A DNA stretch of 64,000 nucleotides from Nemertoderma westbladi (Eukaryota; Animalia; Xenacoelomorpha): assembly GCA_032718475.1 (NCBI GenBank), contig JAUCBJ010007164.1, forward strand, positions 1 through 64,000, written 5' to 3'. This document shows positions 12,626-24,449 of this stretch, piece after piece. Positions within the stretch are counted from its first letter, which is position 1. Each line of letters starts with the position of its first letter. The position numbers and the translations under genes are program-made. A model generated the notes under the pieces. That model was not told the DNA's origin. It did not search any database and saw only the letters and a program-made list of their open reading frames with translations.

Positions 12626-12636
12626 ATAACAGTTAT
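12626..12636 (+). promoter_or_regulatory. Non-tRNA primer-binding site of E1, complementary to LTR positions 11853-11863
   Basis: ATAACAGTTAT abuts the terminal CA of the LTR and is the exact reverse complement of ATAACTGTTAT inside the LTR. There is no TGG-type tRNA PBS. Confidence 0.7.
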
Positions 12637-12979
12637 TGTCTTTATTGCAGTAAGCAATAAAGTTGAAAGTACCGGTCGACCGGTAAACCTGAACCGGTAC
12701 TGCTGTAGGTCCGTAGGCCCAACTGCCAGAATCGGTACTGCTGTAGGTCCGTAGGCCTAACTGCCTGAACCGGTACTGCTGTAGGTCTGTAGGCCCAACT
12801 AACCTAACCGGTACTTCCAGTATAAGTACATTAGTATTATTCGATTTTGATTATTGTATACCGGTAGGTCTTAGTACTTAATCAGGGAACGGCCGCCCTG
12901 GTTTTTTATTGAGATTCTACTTATTTCTGTCGGTTTTATTTACATGTAAGTTAATATTGAGCTGAAGACGTGTAAGTCT

Positions 12980-13560
12980 GCTCAGATTGTTCAGATAATT
13001 GTAGGCTGGACTGTTGTTGGACTGTTGTTGGGTCTGGAGAGATTGCGGCGTGTGTAGAGTCTGTCCGATAAAGTGCCAGTTAGTAAGTTGGGGCATCTTG
13101 AGTTGTAAGGTCAACCCCCTCCTAAAGAATAAGTCGTACTACCGTGTTAGAACGCATACTAACTAACCATTTTGGAATCTGCATATACTGTAGTTTATTT
13201 AGGCTTGATAGTAGTCTGCCAGCGTTTTAGCCTGTGTGTTTGTTTGTGTGGTCTGTTCAGGTACCGTAATAGTTATTACTCAGATATTTTGTAGGCTGGA
13301 TTGTTGTCTGGCTGTTGTTGGGTCTGGAGAGATTGCGGCGTATGTAGAGTCTGTCCGATAAAGTGCCAGTTAGTAAGTTGGGGCATCTTGAGTTGTAAGG
13401 TCAACCCCCTCCTAAAGAATAAGTCGTACTACCGTGTTAGAACGCATACTAACTAACCATTTCGGAATCTGCACATACTGTAGTTTATTTAGGCTTGGTG
13501 GTAGTCTGCCAGCGTTTGGTTTGTATTTTGTTTGAGTATTCTGTACGGGTAGCGTAATAT
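12980..13560 (+). repeat. Tandem duplication of about 290 bp in the E1 5' leader
   Basis: Two near-identical copies (TTGTAGGCTGGA at about 12999 and 13289). E2 has an equivalent duplication at about 47010-47580. Confidence 0.85.
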
Positions 13561-14866
13561 TTATTATTCAGAGTTTATGCGATTATTCGCAACATTCATG
13601 TCCCCAAGTTTATTCCTACAGTAATTGTGCTTGTTACACATACCGTTATAGTTAAATTAACCCCGGTACTACACGGGCTGCTTGGCGTAGGTAAAGACTG
13701 GTGACTTTGTGCTCCGGTCACTCCAGCAGATGCCGTGGTTCTTTTAACTGTTCAAGTATATTTAACTGCTAGTTATCTGTTTTAATAAGTACTTGTACCT
13801 AATTTAGGGTTTAGTGTACAGTGCTTTCCGAAAGTAATTAGTGTGTAGGCAGTGTATTGTGTTGTAAAGTGGTTAATAGGCACGTTGGATCTGGTAGTCT
13901 GCGGTAATTAACTTCCAGGTAGGAACACTCCGTGATACATAATGTAGTACCTATAGCGATACGGCTATAGGTCGTCAGACGGTGGTATTTTTCCTATCTG
14001 GACAGCGCAATATATCTACTACTACTTATTATTTTCAAATACCGTAGTACCCTGTCCGTTGTAATAACCAGAATTCTAACCCTTTGTTAGGCTGGTTTGT
14101 AGACTTCCTGTAAAATTACCCTAAAATTTCGTACGTAATATTTTTGTTGTGTTTAATTAGAGAATTAATCTCACCCGTATCGTAAGTAATTTGTAGTATT
14201 AAGTAACTTAGGTAAATTAGAATTATTTGTTTTAGTGTCCAACAAGTAGCACTTCACTGAGAGCGCACAGCTTCTGTGTAGTGACTCCCCCCAGAAATAA
14301 TAACATTTATTTCAAATATTGACAAAACCCATTTTAAACGGGTATATATATATTATAAATCAACTCAAACGATTTATAAATAGTAGGCCTGCCATACAAC
14401 AACTAGGTCTCAATATCAGTTGGACTACTGCTTAAATAACGGTAATAAAGTAGGTTAAAGTAACCAAGTAACCCTAAAATTTCAGAAATTCAATTATTCT
14501 AAAATAATTGACATACCGGTATTTACCATAGGCTTATTATATTTATTTCTATAAATTTGGGCTGAAATCATACCGGTATCCTGTAATTAATTCTAGTTCA
14601 TAATTATACTTATATATACTATAAGTGTAAGCTACATACCGGTATTCACGATAGGCCTATTATATATTTATATATATTTGTGCTAAAAATTATATACCGG
14701 TATTTTGTGACAAACCTAGTCTACCATACTTATATATACTATAAGTGTATACCGGTATTCTAATATATTGTAATTAATTACCGGTACGAGGCCAACGGTC
14801 ATACTGAATTACTAGACTTGCTTTAACTGTAACTATAGCAGTAAGCATTCAACTGTATAGCTAAGT

Positions 14867-17800
14867 ATGTCTGACACAAAGCAAAACCTGTCAGACAGTC
14901 TAATCGATACAACCATCTGTGACACAGATAGGAGTGTGGAGCGATTAAGAAAGGGGTTCAGCTCACTTCCTACTGAAAGAAAAGTCATCCCTCCAGTAGT
15001 AGTATCAGACCCTAGGCTAATCCAACACCGTAGGTCTATCATCGGCACTCGGGCCCAGGTCAAACGGAACCAAGAGGCAGCTGTCCAACAGCAGCAACAT
15101 CCTAGTCAAGAAACTCGTTCCCAGCGACCCGATAGCTCCAGTAGTTCGGATACTGTAGAGCTGACCCCCGAACGCAGAGTGAAGATGGCGGCTACAGCCT
15201 ATTCGGATCCCCTTCTCACCCTTCCTGCCGCAGTACTAACTACTATATTGATTGCGGTGGAGGAACACCAAGGCGATTGGGCGAGAAGTAAGCGAGCGAC
15301 CCAAGATAGTTATGCGGGATACGCCAGGGAAGAATTGATGTCTATTGTCGAGTCACAATGGAACTTTCCCGGACTCGGACTCCCGTTAGATTTGTCCGAA
15401 GCTACTTGGGAAGACATACACAGGATGGGAGTGACTAAAGATACGATGGATCCAGCTGTTTGGAAGAGGTCGGCAGCAGGATATGTGCAGGGATTCTTCG
15501 GCTCCTTAGAGCGATTAGAAGAACAACTGTTTCGACAACCCCAAGGACCTCAAGAGCAGGAAGAGCTGCTATATCAAGTACACGAAAGAACCCTACGCAT
15601 TAGACTAATCCTATCAGCCTTTGAGGAAACTTCCAAAAGAAGACAGGACACGTCGCTGCAAGTTGCTGTCAAGACTTGGTTCCAGCGGGTAGGTCTCAAA
15701 GTACAAGAAACGGCCCAGTGGAAATCCCAGCTGGCTGAGAGACCAACCTATGAAGAATCAACCGATGCCACCTTTTCTCAAGTGGAAAGCGAAGTGACCG
15801 CAGAGAGACCGCGAACGAGAGACGCCATAGACATCTATCTGTCAGATTATCAACGTTGGACTCAATCGATGCGGAAAGGTTAGCTGCAAACCAAGCTAAA
15901 TTTGATGAAAAACTCCGCCTCGCTAGAGTCCAGGAAGAACAAGTAAAGAAAAAACGGATAGAGGACCGAAAGGCAGCAGCAGTAGCAGCGGCAATGGCAG
16001 AAGCGGAAGCGGCAAAAGCGGCAGCGGCAGTGAAATCCGCAGCAGCAAAGGCAATGGCAGAAGCGGAAGCGGCAAAAGCAGCAGCAGCAAAGGCAGTGGC
16101 AGAAGCAGAACGGAGAGCGTCTGAAGAGACTACCCAACTGGAGTTGGAAAATCTGCAAGAGACGCAAGACTGCATAAATAAACAGTTAACTGCTAGTCAA
16201 ATGCAGATGATGAGTCGATCTACTCCCAAACGCCAAGGATACACATCATCGGAGGAAGGCGAGACCACCGATCCTGAAGGCGGAGGAAATAGATCTCGTC
16301 TAAGCAGGCGTAGAAAAACATCTCACCGTCACAAATTGCCTGATTTGCCCTCAGCGGTTAGAAGACAACTAGCTAGCACAGACTTAGGTAGTACAGAACC
16401 CACAGACCAAATTATTAAGGTCAAAAGACTCCCTATGATAGTTGATGAGCCTGAAATAATTAGGCCTGTCGTTCCCAAAGCCACTCCTGTGCTAGAGAAC
16501 CCTGTACTTCCAGTGCTTAACTCTAAATTCCCTCTACACAGTATTACACTGCCTGTACCCGGTAGAACAGTCCATGCGAATATCCCTGTCCTGGACACTG
16601 AGAGAGAAATCAAAGATTTGTCTCCCGTCGTCCCGCGTTGGCCCGCTACAATGTTGGCGACTCCCGCTTCGGCGGTTGAGTGGGTAGAGGAGGGACGGCG
16701 GGGGATGAATCTCCTGCTCGGACAGATGCAGGAGACTGTCCACCAACTTAAGGGAACAGTAAGGGAAAGTAGGTTAGAATTGCAAGAAGTGCAGCAAAGC
16801 ATCGCGCTAGAACGCGACAAATTAGTCAATATACAAAAGGGTATACCAATACCCCCTGTAACATTGTGTCAACCTGTTAGGTCTGAAGTATTACATGCGC
16901 AAGGTGTGGAGCCTACACGCATCTATACTGCTAGTGAAGTAGAAACTCCTATAGCAAACCCTATTAAGGGTGATTATAAACCTGTTGTTAATGATATTCC
17001 CTATAGACTTGATAATAATAACACGATGGCCCAAGAAAGCTTTACACGTCAGATGGCTAGAACAGAAGCCCGCCAAGCGGTCAAAGTGGGAGAGATCGTC
17101 AAATTCAATGGAGATGAGATGAAATGGTTACCTTTCAATGAATATTACAAAGATAGCATACAGAACTCTGTACTATCTAACGGAGAGAAGCTTAGATTCC
17201 TCATCAAGTGTTTGGAAGGACCTCCCAAGTTAATGGCGTTAAAGTTTATTGGACACCCAGATGGATTAAGACAAGTTTGGGATACATTAAACACCAGGTA
17301 TGGTAACAAGGATAACATAGCTAAGTATTTGTATGCAAAATTAGTAGCCCCCAGAAACTTCCTTAGTAGCGGGATTATAGAGTTTTCCGATGAGATTCAG
17401 GAGATCTGTAGACAATTGGACTGGTTAGGTAAGTCTCATGAATATCAGAGTTCCATGGTTATTGGAGCAGTAGTCTCTACTTTACCAAAGGGTGGAGTAT
17501 GTACACGCTGGGACAAGAAAGTGTTGTATATGAATGAGCAGCAACGACGAAGCCCTACCATGGCTGATCTCATGTCCTTCTTAGATGGTGAAGTAAAACT
17601 ACAACTCATCAAGCAGTCCAGAGAGAAAACATCGGAAAATAAGGTAAGTGAGAAACCCGTTTCTAGGAGAAGAGTAACACCAGTGTGTTACACTGACGAC
17701 GGCGAAAGCCAAGCTTCTCAAGAAGAAGACAGCGGGAAAGACACTGACCGATTTTACTACGTTAACAAAACCTCAAAGGACGTAAGTAAATACAAGGCTC

Positions 17801-20800
17801 GAACCAAAGATAGGAGAGAACAGGTTGCCAAGACTCCTCCTCAGTCTCCTAACAGAATGCACGGAAGAAAGCCCGAAGAAAGAACGAGAGTGCATCACGT
17901 TACCCAAGGTAAAGTGAGTAACACCAAACCAAACTGTGCGCTGTGCGACGGGCCCCACCGTTTGAGTGCGTGTGCTGAATTTCTAAAGAAATCCCTTGTA
18001 GACAGACGTGCAGTCATGTGGGATAAGCGGTTATGCTATAATTGCCTCAGATCAGGACACCAATGGCGAACCTGTTACTCTGACGTAAAGTGTGCAAAGT
18101 GTGGCGCGAAACATCACATCTTGTTACACAGTGAGTTCGAACGAGACAACCCGAGTCAGGTAAGTGAGCCCGAACTACATGTCCAATTCAGTGATGTAAA
18201 TGACACTGATCAAGAGTCTGAGATGGAAGGATTCTATACTGACGAATTCTCCGACGCCAACGAATCCTGTTACCTAATAAATACCGCAGTATATCGAGCA
18301 CTTACTTACGAAAAGGACACCGACAATGAGTTCCCCCCAACTACCTTTGCCAGACAACCATCTTGGAAAGCTCCAACTTCCAACGTAGGAATCAGAGAAT
18401 TTCCTGTAGTGCAGGTAAGAGTTCACGGTCCCAACAAAAGTTACATAGTGAACGCCCTCCTTGACTCCGGCAGCACAGGAACATTCATCGATCAAGAACT
18501 AGCCGAAGATATCTTTGCTGGACAACCCAAATTCCGGACTAAATTGAATATGTCAGGAATTATGCAGGTTTGGAAATCTACCATAACGGCAGATTACTAT
18601 GTAGGTGCGTTGTCTACCCCTCAGGATAAATTAGGAGCACAAAGTATAAGGTCAGTAAAAATGGTGGCTATAAAGAACTTCGCTACTACCCAAGTAGAAC
18701 CTTATAACTGGGACGAGGATGAGAGCATCCAACAGCTTAAGATACCTCGATTCCAGACAGATTATCCTGGAGTGCAAATACTCATCGGCCAAAACGCGCA
18801 TGAGGCGCTCGAGACATTGGAGAAACGGCCTGCTCAACCGCAGCCACTACAAACCTATGCGGTAAGAACTAGAGTAGGTTGGTACTTTACTGGACCTTCC
18901 CGCAGAACTCTCGAAGAGAGAATGCCACAAGAACGAATATATCAAGTAAACGATTGGGAAGTGGAGAGCAGTGAGGTGGACGAACTAACTGAGGGAACAC
19001 CATACTCCTCAGATAATGACGACATCTATCAACTCTTCGATGAAGAGAACACAATCGACCTACTTACAGAAAACAAAACTTGGAAAAACCAGGTGAACCT
19101 ATGTCAACTGATTCGCCCATCGGGACCCATTGATTACAATGACGAACTAAATGATGAGATAGAGCGCTACAACGCTAGAACTCGGGACGAACTCGCCGTA
19201 CGATTCTTTACTCAAGAATTGGTAGAGCCCAATTCATACGATAAGGCCCTATCGATAGAAGAAGAAAGAGCCAAGCAAATCCAGGAAACAACTACACGTT
19301 TTTTAAAAGATCAAGGTAGATATGAAATCGGCCTACCATTTCGAAAACGAGAACCTAGATTTATAAATAACAGACCCTTGGCAGAGAAAAGAATCACTCA
19401 ATTACATCGACGCCTTACGGCTAATGCTTCAGCTAAAGAAATGTACCAAACTCAATTGAAGAAATTTATTACAAAGGGATACGCGGAGCGTGTACCGGAA
19501 GGAACACCAGTAACTGAGAGAACGTATTACTTAACACATCATTACGTTCCCAAACCCGGTAAACCCCATGAAGTACGAGTCGTATTCGATGGCTCCGCTC
19601 TATATATGGGCCAATCCCTCAATTCCGAGTTGTTACCAGGACCCAACTTACTTCAATCTTTGTTGGGAATACTTTTAAGATTAAGACAATATTCCATTGC
19701 GTTCGCCTCCGATATAGAAGGAATGTTCTTACAAGCCAAGGCGCTGGATAGAGATAGAGACAGCCTAAGATTTCTGTGGTGGCCTGAAGGAGATCTCAAC
19801 CAGAAACCGGTAGAGTACTGGATGACCATCCAGGCTTTTGGGATCATATCAAGCCCTTCCAACGCCTGCTCCGTGGTGCGGACCACTGCGAATGACAACC
19901 GAGACGCCTTCTCCAAAGAGGTGATAGACAACATCAAGCGCGATATATACATGGACGACAATTTAAAGTCCCTTCCATCAGTAGAAGAAGCCATTGATGT
20001 CGCGAAAGGAACGGTAGAGTGTTTGAAAAGAGGTGGATTTCGACTGACGAAATTCACCAGCAACTCCCGTGAGTTTCTGGAAGCGATACCGGTAGAAGAC
20101 CGAGAACGAAAGACCTAGACTTAATAAAGGACGATCTTCCAGAAACCAAGACGCTTGGCTTGAAGTGGGACACAGAAAGAGATATCCTGTTTTTTCAGCT
20201 AAAGCAGCGAGATAATCCAGTTCGGACCAAGCGGATTTGTTTAAGTATCCTGAGCACTTATTTCGACCCATTGGGATTTATTAGCCCAGTTATATTGATT
20301 GCTCGGAGTTTAGTACAACAAATGTGGCTTGAAAACCACTCATGGGACGATCCACTTAAAGGAGAACTGTTAAAGAAGTGGATGAAATGGGAAGATTCTC
20401 TACCTGCCATCGAGAGCTTTGTAATTTCCCGTGCATATTTTGGTCATGTTCTTCCTACGTATTCCTATCAACTCCATGTGTTTGGAGACGCCAGCGACAT
20501 GGGAATAGGTATAGTAGCATATCTGCGAGTCGAAACTCCGGATGGAATCAAAGTCGCCTTGGTTACCTCTAAGGCATTGATTAACAACAAGCTAAAGGTT
20601 CCTCGAGTGGAGTTAAAAGCGGCTTTATACGCTACAGCCATCGGCCGGAACGTAACAGAACAAATCGACTATCCACTGGAGAAAACTGTTTATTGGACCG
20701 ACGCTTTACTCGTGTTGGAGTATATAACCAATGAAGTCTGTCAGTTCAGCGTTTTTGTTACTAACAGGGTAGCTATTATTCTTAGTCGCACAAAGATAGA

Positions 20801-22832
20801 TCAATGGAGACATTGCCCCGGTACGATTAATCCCGCCGATATCGCCTCCAGGGGAGCAACTCCACAGGAACTGATAGATACTCCAGACTGGTTGGGTGGA
20901 CCCGACTTCCTGAGTAAGGAAGAGGATGAATGGCCTCCTCACCTTACTACGGCGGAGATTAGACAAGCCAAGGGAGCGGAGAAAGTCAAACCTAAAACCC
21001 GGGCGAGTAAATCGAAGTTATTTAAACCGACTATCGATCTATCTGTATTACATACTTCCGGAAACGATGCTTCGGATCCACAATCCCTCGCCACAAATAA
21101 GTCTGTTGTGGAAATTAGAGATAGAGATTGGAAATCTGGAACACCAGACGTCTCGCAAGGAATCTCACCCCTGCTGCAGAGAGCAATGCATCACTACAGT
21201 TCCTGGAATCGGCTCTGTAAAGCCGTCACATATTTAAGGCGATGTTTTCATCATCACTACTCCAGGACGAAGACCATTAGTGATACCGCTCCATTGACAT
21301 ATGCGCAAGTTCATGTTATTAAAAATTTACCCAAATATAAGACATCCGACCGGTTTCTAAAGGAGAAAATCAGTTACCAGGAGCATGAAGAAACCAATAA
21401 GCAGATACTGAGACTCCTGCAATGCTATGAGGATTCCGATAAGTATTTCCTGTTGTTGAGAAATCCGCAGATGCGCTTAAGGGATCGCTTCTCTAGCACA
21501 ATGATAGATGGGTTAATACGTGTTGGAGGAAGGCTCACCAATGCGCCATTATCCTTTGACACTAAATTCCCCATACTCATTAGAAATCTTGAAGTACAAA
21601 TCAAGATGATTGTAGATGTTCACAGTAAACTTTATCATGCTGGTAGAGAACGAGTTCTTAGCGAAATTCGAACTCGCTATTATTTTGATAAACCCCGTAG
21701 AGCTCTGAACCAAGTTCTTAGGAACTGCATACCCTGTAGGAAAGCATTCAGTAGGCCTTTAACACAGCGAGAGGCAGAATTACCTAGGGAACGAGTAAGC
21801 TTCTATGAACCACCTTTTACTAATACTGGTGTAGATTTATTTGGCCCTATTGAAGTATATCGTGCTAGGACTATAGTCAAGAGATGGTGTGTCATCTTCG
21901 TATGCATGACTTGTAGAGCCATCCATCTCGATATGGTGAACGATCTATCTACCAACAGCTTCGTATTAAGTTTACGCCGACAGATCGCTCGCTTCGGGAC
22001 TAGTAATACCATGAGATCGGATAAGGGAACGAACTTCATTGGTGCCAACAACGAAATCCAGGCTTACGTGAAGGACTGGAACCAAAGACAGGTGGACGAT
22101 CAGCTAAGGATAACAGCGTCTAGCTGGACCTTCAACGCCGCCGACGCCCCTTGGTGGGGAGGAAGTTGGGAGAGATTAATTAGAAGTGTCAAGACCGCAT
22201 TTCACTTTATAGTGCCATGCCGCGCGTATCTCACCGACGAACTTTTGCGGACGTTAATGGAGGAAATAGCTGCCTATCTCAATGAGAGACCGCTTATGCC
22301 AGTCTTATCGAGTCCCGATTCCCTGGAAGCGCTAACACCCGCGCACTTTCTACTGAAGAAACCTGTAGCCATGCTCCCACGATTGGAGATTACCGACGGA
22401 GACGAATACTGCCGTCGAACTTGGCAACTTATGCAGTTGCTATCTCGTCGTTTCGCTGACCATTTCGAGAAACATTATCTGCCCACGCTACAACTTCGAA
22501 CTAAGTGGTTTGCGCAGCAAGAAAACGTCAGCGCCGGAGATATGGTGCTTATTGTAGATTCAGACCTTCCACGTAAACGGTGGCAGACAGGTCGTATCAT
22601 CGAGACTCACATCTCGGATTATGGTTTAGTACGCTCGGTAGAACTCGTCGTCATGCGGCGTAACTTCAAGAAGCCAGGCATAATCTTTGAGACGCAACAA
22701 CTCAACCGCCCAGTTGGTCGTTTATGTTTACTGGAAAGAGACCGAGAACTCTCCGGAAACTATGGAAGGCAAGACACTCTTCCCACGACCACCTCCCTAA
22801 TTCCTCAAACATCTAGGGACTCCCCAACGTGA
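14867..22832 (+). CDS. BEL/Pao Gag-Pol polyprotein (about 2650 aa), split by two 1-nt frameshifts near 15858 and 20108
   Basis: DUF1759-like gag (KFNGDEMKWLPF); three BEL-type knuckles (CALCDGPHRLSAC, CYNCLRSGHQWRTC, CAKCGAKHH); protease LLDSGS; RT (RVVFDGS, SDIEGMFLQ, YMDD); Pao RNase H (VFGDAS, PRVELKAA, YWTD, NPADIASRG); integrase (H..H..CIPC, GVDLFGP, SDKGTNF, WERLIRSVK). Confidence 0.95.
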
Positions 22833-24449
22833 TACGTCTGGAGTGGGTGCATGACTATATTATTCTATCTATTTTTATTATATTTTATATGAGAACGTTA
22901 TTATGTACTTTATTATAATCGTTTTATTTAATTTTATTTAGTAGAATGTTATTTTAGATTATTTAGTAGGTTAGTGCAATATATTAGTGTTTATTACGTA
23001 ATTACACATAATATATTTAATATGACGGCGAGAAATAATTCTTTCTTTTTCCTTACTGTCCGTATTATATTATAAATACGAGACTACATGTAAGATGACA
23101 TGTCAGTACTTATTAAAGAACAATAAAGCTCCTGCTATATTTAAGTATTATCGGTAGGCAGAGTATTAGGAATGCAAAGTTCAGATCCTCGTGTCTCGGC
23201 TAAACCAAGCTCTGGGTAGACCTTGGAAACGACTTGCCTCTTCACACTGACATTGCTTCGTGCGATATTGCTCTTCTACTTTATATTAAATAATACATAT
23301 AGTAGCGTGATGTCCCTATAACAGTAGCGTAAAACGCAAATAAATCTGTTAAACCTTTTGACCATCTGTAATTTTAGTCGATTAAGATATCGCGGCACCC
23401 ACCGATATACTTGAAAGACAAATTCTAGAATCAGTGGTTAACGTCCCCAGACAAGTTCTGGAATAAATCGGTGCCTATCTTAAATATTAATTTAATATTT
23501 ATTAAAATCTGTAAAATGCAGATCCTTTAAAATTTCTAGTCAATTAAGATATCGCAGCACTTACCGATACTCTTAAAAGACAATTTTATAGAATTAAGGA
23601 TCCTAGGTCCCCAGACATGCTCTGGAATAAAATTGTGCCAATTTTACCATCAAATAATAAAATTCACGGGAATAAAGTTAAATTCATATCTTAAATGAAT
23701 TTCATAAATTGTCATTTTGTGCAATTTATAACATTCCCAAAATTCCATTAATTAATAGATCATGGGAGCGGAGATTCATCCTATTGAGTGTATTAGAGTG
23801 CGAGAATCTCCAACATATAGTCAATAGCCGATAAAATTAATAAAATCATGTATAAAGAGGATATTGACAATTAAAGAATTACTATTAAATAGCATTCCAG
23901 ATCTGTATGCATGAGAATTACCCTAATTCTACCGCTAGCTTTCCATAATGTCACCATAGCAACACCCACGCTAGAATTAGAAGCAAGTTAAAAGAACAAT
24001 AGAAAGCTTGTCCCATTGCATAGCATAGAGAATACATAGCACACTGTTAGTATCCAAGGATACACAGTAATAACGTGACATTCTGGAAGGCACTGACTAA
24101 CGGACAAATGGCCTGTATGTGTACAATTGGTGACAGTTGTGTTGGAATTTGTGCGTTATAGGTGAATGTTACTGCTAAAGTATGTTTACAGTAGCTAGTC
24201 GCAATTGTAAAAGTAGCCCAACTCTCCTATAGAAAGAACCTAAAGTGGATCCAAGCCTTTGGGACGGACAGTGGAGTGACTTGTGCCGGTTATCGTTGTC
24301 GTGCTGTTGCTACATGTTGGCGTAAACACCGCGACGACGGTACATCGGCGCTGAGAATCCCACTGTCCGGGGGCAACGAGAGGTAGGCAGCGACGCCCGC
24401 TAGCCTAAACATAAACTCATTTCGATATTAATAAACTCAGATAGCAGAT
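22833..24449 (+). other. 1.6-kb non-coding pol-ORF3 intergenic region with conserved predicted RNA helices
   Basis: No ORF of 60 aa or more. Strongly conserved with E2 52454-54110, including an identical block of about 120 nt. Several stems show compensatory or G-U-compatible changes. Confidence 0.7.

Noticed and set aside
12427-12655. Alternative pairing ACTGCAATAAA (12427-12437) with TTTATTGCAGT downstream of the LTR as the priming duplex
   Set aside because: It does not abut the LTR end, is imperfect in E2, overlaps the likely poly(A) signal, and the downstream strand already forms a local hairpin.
15850-20160. Programmed ribosomal frameshifts in gag-pol
   Set aside because: There are no X XXY YYZ slippery heptamers at the sites, one shift falls inside RT, and BEL/Pao elements normally have one ORF. 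Single-base indels explain the shifts.
15696-22051. Antisense ORFs overlapping gag-pol (for example 15696-16175 and 16329-16829)
   Set aside because: These are shadow frames of a long coding region and an Ala-rich repeat, with no recognisable motifs.
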